From the NCBI GenBank assembly GCA_050942735.1, contig JBMNNW010000001.1, positions 82,535-146,534 of the forward strand: a stretch of DNA of 64,000 nt, in the 5' to 3' direction. The position numbers and the translations under genes were made by a program. The notes below the pieces were generated by a model that saw only the letters and a list, made by a program, of their open reading frames with translations, was not told the DNA's origin and ran no database searches. Positions 8,849-15,859 of this stretch are shown in pieces. Source of the DNA: Armatimonadota bacterium (lineage in GTDB: Bacteria > Armatimonadota > Zipacnadia > Zipacnadales > UBA5352). Numbering within the stretch: the first letter of the stretch is position 1; each line of letters starts with the position of its first letter.

Positions 8849-10561
8849 ATGCTCCGAGCCGACAGGCTGTGGCTTCTTGCAGTGATCCTGCTCGCGGGTT
8901 CGATGCCCTCCGCCGCCGATGTGCAGTCGTCGAAGCAGACGGTCTCTGTCCCCGTGCGCGACGGATCGGGGCTTGCGACCGACGTGTACCTCCCCGCGGA
9001 CTACGCCGCGGACGCTGTGCCCGATGGGCTCCCGGTCATCCTCGTGTGCTTGCCCTACGGAAAGGACCGTGGCGGGCCGATCGAGGCATGGCGCGAGACC
9101 TTCCTATCCGCCGGCTACGCTTTCGTGGTGCAGGACATGCGGGGGTTCTACGATTCAGCCGACGCCGGACGCGGGCGGCCGCGGCGTCACGATGGCTACG
9201 ACACGATCGAGTGGCTAGCCGAGCAGCCGTGGTGTAGCGGCAGGGTCGGGATGATGGGATACTCGCATCTCGGGGCCGCGCAGTATGAGGCGGCCGTCAC
9301 GGATCCTCCGCACCTTGCTTGCGCTATCCCCGCGCAGGCTCCAGGCAACTACTACACTGATTCGTTCTTCCCGCCTGTGTTCCGCAAGGCGGACTGGGAG
9401 ACGATCCTGCGCGGCGCGTTCTCAGAGAGGACACAGCAACTCATCAACAAGCGTATCCGCAGCCACGGGGACACGCAGATCGCGAACTTCAATGTTCCTA
9501 TGCTGCACAGCGCCGGCTGGTTCGACTTTTACAAGGAGGGCGCGATCGAGATGTTTCGCGCCCTGCAGGAGCACGGAGGGCCGCGCGCGCGCGGGAATCA
9601 GAAGCTGCTGATCGGCCCGTGGGGGCATGGCGTACTTCAGGAGCACGATCCGGGCCAGCCGCTGGTACTGCCTGGTGGGATGGTCTTCCCCGCGAACGCG
9701 AAGCTCGACTGGCGCGATGAGGTCTGGCTGCCGTGGTACGATCACTGGCTCAAGGACGAGCCAACCGGGGTGACGGATCAGCCCGCGGTCAGGTATTATC
9801 TGATGGGCGCGACCGACCACCCTGAGGCTCCGGGGAACGAGTGGGTGGAGGCGGAGAGCTTCCCACCGGAATCGTCCGCCGTCTCGTACTACCCGCATGC
9901 CGACGGCACGCTTCGGCGGGAGCCGCCGCTTGCGGAGGAGGCATCGTGGGAATATGTCTACGATCCTGCCGACCCGGTGCCGACGGTCGGCCGAACGCAT
10001 GCGCAGATTCCGGTCACTGGGCCCTACGATCAGCGCCCGGTGGAAGATCGGCCGGATGTGCTGGTGTTCACCACTGAGCCGCTGGACGGACCGCTCATAA
10101 TCGTGGGGCAGATTCGTGCGACGCTGTGGGCGTCTTCAGATCGGACGGACACCGACTTCACCGTGAAGCTGACCGACGTCTACCCGGACGGCCGCTCGAT
10201 GGTATTCGCGGATGGCATCGTCAGGGCGCGCTACCGCGAGAGCTTCTTGCAGGAGGCACTGCTGACGCCGAGGGACGTCTACGAGTTCGAGATCGACCTG
10301 GGCCACATCGCGATCGTACTGGCGCCCGAGCACCGCCTGCGCCTCGCAGTCTCAAGCAGCAACTTCGACCGCTTTGACATCAACCCGAACACCGGCGAGC
10401 CTCTCGGCGATCACGCGCTGACGCGCGCTCTGCTTGCTCAGCGCTTCGGCGCACCGCCTGCGCCGGGGGAGCCCGCGTATACTCAGGCGCTCGTCGCCAC
10501 CAATACCGTGTACATGGATCGAGGCCGGTCGAGCCGAGTCATCCTGCCGGTGCTGCCATGA
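8849..10561 (+). CDS. CocE/NonD family hydrolase (S15 X-Pro dipeptidyl-peptidase-like alpha/beta hydrolase with C-terminal beta-sandwich)
   Basis: Signal peptide; GYSHLG nucleophile elbow variant (MGYSHLGAAQ); family-typical length and C-terminal domain. Confidence 0.85.
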   Translation: MLRADRLWLLAVILLAGSMPSAADVQSSKQTVSVPVRDGSGLATDVYLPADYAADAVPDGLPVILVCLPYGKDRGGPIEAWRETFLSAGYAFVVQDMRGFYDSADAGRGRPRRHDGYDTIEWLAEQPWCSGRVGMMGYSHLGAAQYEAAVTDPPHLACAIPAQAPGNYYTDSFFPPVFRKADWETILRGAFSERTQQLINKRIRSHGDTQIANFNVPMLHSAGWFDFYKEGAIEMFRALQEHGGPRARGNQKLLIGPWGHGVLQEHDPGQPLVLPGGMVFPANAKLDWRDEVWLPWYDHWLKDEPTGVTDQPAVRYYLMGATDHPEAPGNEWVEAESFPPESSAVSYYPHADGTLRREPPLAEEASWEYVYDPADPVPTVGRTHAQIPVTGPYDQRPVEDRPDVLVFTTEPLDGPLIIVGQIRATLWASSDRTDTDFTVKLTDVYPDGRSMVFADGIVRARYRESFLQEALLTPRDVYEFEIDLGHIAIVLAPEHRLRLAVSSSNFDRFDINPNTGEPLGDHALTRALLAQRFGAPPAPGEPAYTQALVATNTVYMDRGRSSRVILPVLP

Positions 10562-10565
10562 CCGC

Positions 10566-11498
10566 TCACTTACGCCTCTGGTACCAACGCGAGAACGACT
10601 GGGGGGAGGAGAAGCCCAACGTTTCCGCGATCTGCGCGTACGTGTGACCGGCGGCGATCATCTCGCGAGTACGGCTGAGGCGGCAGGTATCGATGTACTC
10701 CAGCACGGTCATCGCGGTCTCGCGCTTGAAGAGCCGGGCGAAGTGGTACTTGCTGTATCCCGCGAGGCGCGCGAGGCTCGCGAGATCGTCGCCCCTCCCG
10801 GCCGTCTCCTCGATGTGGTCGCAGATCGCCACGACCACGGCCTGCTGGAAACCAAGGCCCTCATCGGCTCGAGCCGCCTCGTCACCGGCCTCCAGCAGCG
10901 TCGCCACGAGCAGTTGCGCGACCGCCATCAGTCGCAGTCGCCGCAACTCGGGGGCGGCGGGCTCAGACGCGCGCCTCCACTGGCCGACGGCGTCATGGGC
11001 GGCGGGAAGCACCAGCGCCCAGTCGCGTCGCCAGGCCCCGCCGCTCACCTCGATCATCCGGGCCGTCGCCCGGCTCCCGTGCAGCCCGAACCACAGTTGC
11101 CGCGCATCCGGCAGATGCTGTGGAGGTTCGGCGTCATGTGCGTCGAACGGGCCGAAGGCGAACACGCTGCCGGGCAGGCAGGGGAAGATCGCGTCGCCGT
11201 GCGCGTGGAGGCCGCCGCCGCTTACAACCAGCAGGATCTCGGGGTGGGCGTGCGCGTGCAGATTCTCCCGGAGCCATTCGGCGTGACGATCGTCCTCGAC
11301 AGGTTCGCGGCAGTTGGCGTCGAAGATCGGCGTCCAGTGGTTCGGCTGGAGCAGCAGCTCAATCTCATCCGGTCGCAGCAGCTCGCATTTGAGGCCCACG
11401 CAGGTCCGCACTCCTTGTCTATGAAACGCACGAATCGTGTATTGCGTCCCGCGAAGATGCGCGCGTAGTATACTCACGCGCGTTGTTCCGCGCAACAA
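10566..11498 (-). CDS. AraC family transcriptional regulator with N-terminal cupin-like sensor domain
   Basis: C-terminal double HTH (...LARLAGYSKYHFARLFKRETAMTVLEYIDTCRLSRTREMI...IAETLGFSSPQSFSRWYQRR); N-terminal His-rich cupin-like segment. True start probably internal (non-ATG near 11410) because the ORF start at 11498 leaves no room for a divergent promoter. Confidence 0.8.
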   Translation of the reverse strand: MLRGTTRVSILRAHLRGTQYTIRAFHRQGVRTCVGLKCELLRPDEIELLLQPNHWTPIFDANCREPVEDDRHAEWLRENLHAHAHPEILLVVSGGGLHAHGDAIFPCLPGSVFAFGPFDAHDAEPPQHLPDARQLWFGLHGSRATARMIEVSGGAWRRDWALVLPAAHDAVGQWRRASEPAAPELRRLRLMAVAQLLVATLLEAGDEAARADEGLGFQQAVVVAICDHIEETAGRGDDLASLARLAGYSKYHFARLFKRETAMTVLEYIDTCRLSRTREMIAAGHTYAQIAETLGFSSPQSFSRWYQRRK

Positions 11499-11539
11499 TT
11501 GATGATAAAGTGCCAGCCAGCCGGTCGGAGGTGCGACTC

Positions 11540-12805
11540 ATGAAAGCCGGTCGCGAAGAGCTGATGGAGATCGTTGACCTGTGGGGCTACTCGGAGGATG
11601 CGCAGGAGAAGATCCGCGCGATCCTCGAGAGCGAGGACGTTCCGCCGCCGCACCTCTTCCGCTACTACGGCCCGAACGACGGGAAGGGGAAGGTCTGGCA
11701 GGCGGAGCGCCTCTTCGAGGAGACCATCGGAACGACATATGCGCTGGCGGTCAACTCGGGCACGTCCGCGCTGATGTCGGCGGTGACCGCCGCCGGAGTC
11801 GGTCCCGGCGACGAGGTGCTGGTTCCCGGGTATACGTTCTTTGCGTCCGCATCGATCATCGTCGCCTCCCGGGCGATCCCCGTGATCTGCGAGGTCAATG
11901 ATTCGCTGAACATCGACCCGCAGGACATGGAGAGGCGCATCACCCCGCAGACCAAAGCGGTCGTGGTGGTGCATATGAAGGGCAACCCGGCGGACATGGA
12001 CGGCGTGATGGAGGTCGCGCGGAAGCATGACCTGATCGTCATCGAGGACGTGGCGCAGGCGTGCGGCGGCTCCTTCGGCGGCGCGAAGCTCGGCACCATC
12101 GGCGACCTCGGCTGCTTCAGCTTCGACTTCTATAAGATCGCCCAGTCCGGCGAGGGCGGCTTCGTGGTGACGGACGATCAGTTCCTCAACATGCGCGCGC
12201 AGAGCTGGCACGACACCGCGGCGTGCTGGCGGCCCGACCGCTATGCCGAGGAGCGCCGCGAGGGCGAACTCTTCTGCGGGGAGAACTACCGCATGAGCGA
12301 GATGCAGGGCGCGGTGGCGCTGGCACAGATCCGCAAGCTGCCCGGGTACATCGAGCGCATGAGGGCGGCGAAAAGGCGGGTGCGCGATCGGATCGTCGAG
12401 CGAGACGGCTTCTCTCTGCGGAGGCAGCCCGACCCCGACGGCGATGCCTCGACCTCGATCGTCATGTTCGCTCCCGATCGCGAGACAGGGACGGCGATCG
12501 TGGAGGCGGCGGGCAGGCGCGGGGTGGGCATCGGCGGCCGCTTCGACCAGACCGTCCGCGACTGGCACGTCTTCAACTTCTGGGAGCACATCCTCGAGCA
12601 GAAGACCGTGACCGAGGAGGGCTGTCCCTTCACCTGCCCTTACTACGAGGGGACGCTGCCGGAGTACGGTCCGGAGATGTGCCCGCAGACGCTGGACCTG
12701 CTGGGGCGCTCGCTGCACATGGGCGTGGCGGAGGAGTGGACCGACGAGGACGCCGAGCGCATCGCGGGCGGGATCAACGAGGCGGTCGAGGAAGTGCTGG
12801 GCTAA
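11540..12805 (+). CDS. DegT/DnrJ/EryC1/StrS family PLP-dependent (sugar) aminotransferase
   Basis: Family-typical block ...NSGTSALMSAVTAAGVGPGDEVLVPGYTFFASA...; GAKLGTIGDLGCFSFDFYKIAQSGEGGFVV region containing the PLP-lysine context; GGAGGTG RBS before ATG 11540. Confidence 0.9.
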   Translation: MKAGREELMEIVDLWGYSEDAQEKIRAILESEDVPPPHLFRYYGPNDGKGKVWQAERLFEETIGTTYALAVNSGTSALMSAVTAAGVGPGDEVLVPGYTFFASASIIVASRAIPVICEVNDSLNIDPQDMERRITPQTKAVVVVHMKGNPADMDGVMEVARKHDLIVIEDVAQACGGSFGGAKLGTIGDLGCFSFDFYKIAQSGEGGFVVTDDQFLNMRAQSWHDTAACWRPDRYAEERREGELFCGENYRMSEMQGAVALAQIRKLPGYIERMRAAKRRVRDRIVERDGFSLRRQPDPDGDASTSIVMFAPDRETGTAIVEAAGRRGVGIGGRFDQTVRDWHVFNFWEHILEQKTVTEEGCPFTCPYYEGTLPEYGPEMCPQTLDLLGRSLHMGVAEEWTDEDAERIAGGINEAVEEVLG

Positions 12806-12857
12806 CCGGCGACGAGAGCCACGGCGACGACGCACGGCAGGCGGGAGGCATGTGCCG

Positions 12858-14243
12858 ATGAACGTGCTGCTGATCACCGCAGACACGCTGCGCGCCGATC
12901 ACATGAGCGCGTACGGCTACTGGCGCGAGACGTCGCCGAATCTCACCGCGCTTGCGAGGGAGGGTGTACGCTTCGATCGATTCATCGGTCAGTGCGCGCA
13001 CACCCTCCCGTCATTCACCAGCATGCTCACCGGGCTGACGCCCTTCGAGACGGGCGTGGTCGCGACGCTGCACTGCGTCCCCGATACGCCCAGCGGCAGG
13101 CTCTCGGACGAAACCCCAACGCTCGCCGAGACTCTGGCGAAGGCCGGGGTCCACACGGCAGCGGTGGACAACCTCATGCAGTTCGCCTGTCACCCGAGCT
13201 GGTTTGTGCGGGGCTTCGGCGAGTATGTCAACCCGAACCCTGAGAGCTTCGTGACGGCGCTGATCGCCGAACGCATGAACGATGTGCTGCTCCCGGTGAT
13301 CGAGCGTCAGCGCGAGCCGTTCTTCCTCTGGGCGCATTACTGGGACCCGCACCGGCCTTACAACCAGCCCGACGAGTACCTCCGCCCATTCACCGACGAC
13401 GGCTCCGAGCAGATGCGTCGTGCACCTGACGGTCGGGAATACATCCCGACGTGGGGCACGCTCGAGGCGCTCGAGCAGTCGTCGTGGGACTACGGCAGAC
13501 AACTCGACCACCAGCCCGACCGCATCGAGGATGCGCGCGGGATGATCGACGCGTATGACGGGGAGATCCGCTACCTCGACGAGCACCTCGGGCGGGTCTT
13601 CGACGCGCTGGAGGCAAGCGGCCGCTGGGATGACACCTGCGTCATCTTCACCGCCGATCACGGCGAGACGATGGCCGATCACCTCACGCACTTCGCGCAC
13701 GTGGAGGCCCTCGACGCCTGCACCCGCATCCCGATGATCATCAAGCCTCCGGCCGGCATGGAGACCGCTGAGAGTGTCGGCGGCCTCGCGACACACACGG
13801 ATATCCCCGCGACGATCCTCGACCTGCTCGGCGTGGAACCCGAGATCGAGATGCACGGGAAGAGCCTTCTGCCGCTGATCACCGGCGAGGCGGGCGCGGT
13901 CCGTGGTCATGTGGTCTCCTCGGGCATGTACCTGCTCGACCGCGACGATGTCTGGAAGTCGATCGAGGTCTCTGTGAGGACTGAGCGCTGGCGCCTGCGG
14001 CTGCGGGCGCCGCTGGGTGATGACTACCCGATGCGCGGCCTGGAGCTCTCGCGGCTGTGGGAGGTCGTCGCGAGGCTCTACGAGGACGAACCGGAGTATG
14101 AGCTCTACGATGTCGCGTCAGACCCCGACGAATTGACAGACGTCGCGCCGGATCATCCGGAGGTCGTCGCGGAGCTTGACGCGCTGCTGGAGCCGGCCGT
14201 GAGTTCGCGTTACTTCTTTCACTCGGGAGAGAGCGATGGCTGA
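12858..14243 (+). CDS. Sulfatase-family (alkaline phosphatase superfamily) protein with non-canonical active-site motif; no signal peptide
   Basis: N-terminal NVLLITADTLRADH metal-binding block typical of sulfatases; where C/S-x-P-x-R-xxx-LTG is expected the sequence is C-AHTL-P-S-F-TSM-LTG (insertion and Arg replaced by Phe). GGGAGG RBS before ATG 12858. Confidence 0.85.
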   Translation: MNVLLITADTLRADHMSAYGYWRETSPNLTALAREGVRFDRFIGQCAHTLPSFTSMLTGLTPFETGVVATLHCVPDTPSGRLSDETPTLAETLAKAGVHTAAVDNLMQFACHPSWFVRGFGEYVNPNPESFVTALIAERMNDVLLPVIERQREPFFLWAHYWDPHRPYNQPDEYLRPFTDDGSEQMRRAPDGREYIPTWGTLEALEQSSWDYGRQLDHQPDRIEDARGMIDAYDGEIRYLDEHLGRVFDALEASGRWDDTCVIFTADHGETMADHLTHFAHVEALDACTRIPMIIKPPAGMETAESVGGLATHTDIPATILDLLGVEPEIEMHGKSLLPLITGEAGAVRGHVVSSGMYLLDRDDVWKSIEVSVRTERWRLRLRAPLGDDYPMRGLELSRLWEVVARLYEDEPEYELYDVASDPDELTDVAPDHPEVVAELDALLEPAVSSRYFFHSGESDG

Positions 14244-15828
14244 GGTGCAGTACTTCGACGCGTTCTGCGTGCTGGGTCGCGGCGTTCGGCTGACCGAGGG
14301 CCTGCCGGAGACACCCGAGAGTATTCTGGCGGCGATGGATCACTTCGGGATCCACGAGGCGCTGGTCGTCGACTCACTGGCGATGGAGGCCAACCCGGCG
14401 GCGGGGAACGAGCGAGTTCTCGAACGGGTCCGCGGATACCCCCGCCTGCACCCGGCGTGGTGCGGGCTCGCGAGCGCAAGTCGCGAGCTTCCGCCGCCGG
14501 CTGAGCTTGTCGCGCGGATGCGTGAGGAGGGCGTCGGCGCGCTCTTCATCTTCAGCGGCCTGATGGACGTGCCGCTCGGCTCGTGGGCCATCGACGACCT
14601 GCTGGCCGAGCTTGAGGCCGCGGGTGTCCCGCTCTTCCTCTCGCCGGAGACATGGCGCGAGCGCGGAAAAGGCGACGTAATGGACTGGGACGCGCTCCTG
14701 CGCATCTGTCGCGACTTCCCGGAACTTCCCGTCATCGCCACCGAGCCGCGGAACATGTGCCATCAGCGGACGGCCTACGCGGCCCTCGATGCCGCGCCGA
14801 ACCTGCGGCTGGATCTCGCGCCGCTGTGGCGCGCGGGAATGATCGAGTACATCTGCGAGCACTGGGGCGCCGAGCGGCTGCTCTTCAGCGCGGGCCTTCC
14901 CGCGCGCGACCCCGCCGCGCCGAAGATGCAGCTTGACTGGTCGGATATCAGCGAGGAGCAGCTTGCGAAGATCGCGGGTGGGAACCTGCGCGAGTTGCTC
15001 GCGTGGAATGAGAACGTGACCCCGATCGCCGCCGATATGCACTTCCCTGACCCGGTGGACGACCTCCACCGCAAAGCCCGTGAGCGGGGGGATATCTCCG
15101 GTGAGCGCTTCCTCGACTGCCACGGCCACCTCGGCGAGGCCAGCCCCAACCACGTGAACCACCTGCCCGTGGAGGGGATGCTGCGCGAGATGGACCGCTG
15201 CGGCATCGAGCACTGCCTCGTATTCGGCCTCGAGGGCGTGCTGGGCGATGAGACGTGGTGCAACGACTACGTCGCGGATGCGGTCAGCCGTCACCCGGAG
15301 CGCTTCACCGGCTTCACGCTGGTGAATCTCAACCACGGGGAGGCGGCGCTGCGGGCGGAGATGCAGCGTGGCTGGGAGATGGGCCTGCGCGGAGTGAAGC
15401 TGATCAACTCCTACCAGGGCTACCCCACCGAGGGACCGCTGGTGGACGTCGCGGCGGAGTTCTGTCATGAGCGCGGCCTCTTCGCGCTCAATCACGACTG
15501 GGGCTCGGCGAAGCAGATCGAGCGGCTCTGCACGCGCTTCTGTCATGCATGCTTCATCACCGGCCACGCGACCGCCGCGTACGCGGATGTGACGCGACGC
15601 GTGGACAATCTCTTCATCTCCACCTGTCCCTTCCACCCGTGGGGAAGAACCGAGCAGTTCGTCGCGCTCTACGGCGCAAACCGCCTGCTCTTCGCCAGCG
15701 ACCTGACCGACCTGCCGATCGCGTGGGGCCTGGGGCCGATCATGTACGCGCGCATCCCCGAGGCGGACAAGCGGAAGGTCCTTGGGGGCAACCTCAGGAA
15801 GCTCCTCCCGAAGTACGCACGCTCCTGA
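14236..15828 (+). CDS. Tandem-domain amidohydrolase-2 family (TIM-barrel metal-dependent hydrolase) protein
   Basis: Two consecutive amidohydrolase_2-like halves, each ending in a GGNLR(E/K)LL motif (residues about 250 and 515); second half has the HGH metal-binding signature (LDCHGHLG). Start overlaps the stop of the upstream sulfatase-like gene by 8 nt (translational coupling). Confidence 0.8.
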   Translation: MAEVQYFDAFCVLGRGVRLTEGLPETPESILAAMDHFGIHEALVVDSLAMEANPAAGNERVLERVRGYPRLHPAWCGLASASRELPPPAELVARMREEGVGALFIFSGLMDVPLGSWAIDDLLAELEAAGVPLFLSPETWRERGKGDVMDWDALLRICRDFPELPVIATEPRNMCHQRTAYAALDAAPNLRLDLAPLWRAGMIEYICEHWGAERLLFSAGLPARDPAAPKMQLDWSDISEEQLAKIAGGNLRELLAWNENVTPIAADMHFPDPVDDLHRKARERGDISGERFLDCHGHLGEASPNHVNHLPVEGMLREMDRCGIEHCLVFGLEGVLGDETWCNDYVADAVSRHPERFTGFTLVNLNHGEAALRAEMQRGWEMGLRGVKLINSYQGYPTEGPLVDVAAEFCHERGLFALNHDWGSAKQIERLCTRFCHACFITGHATAAYADVTRRVDNLFISTCPFHPWGRTEQFVALYGANRLLFASDLTDLPIAWGLGPIMYARIPEADKRKVLGGNLRKLLPKYARS

Positions 15829-15859
15829 CACGAACGTCCGGTCACGTGGAGGATCAGTC

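Noticed and set aside
11474-12886. 470-aa minus-strand ORF antisense to the DegT aminotransferase
   Set aside because: Composition artefact; + strand has unambiguous DegT motifs.
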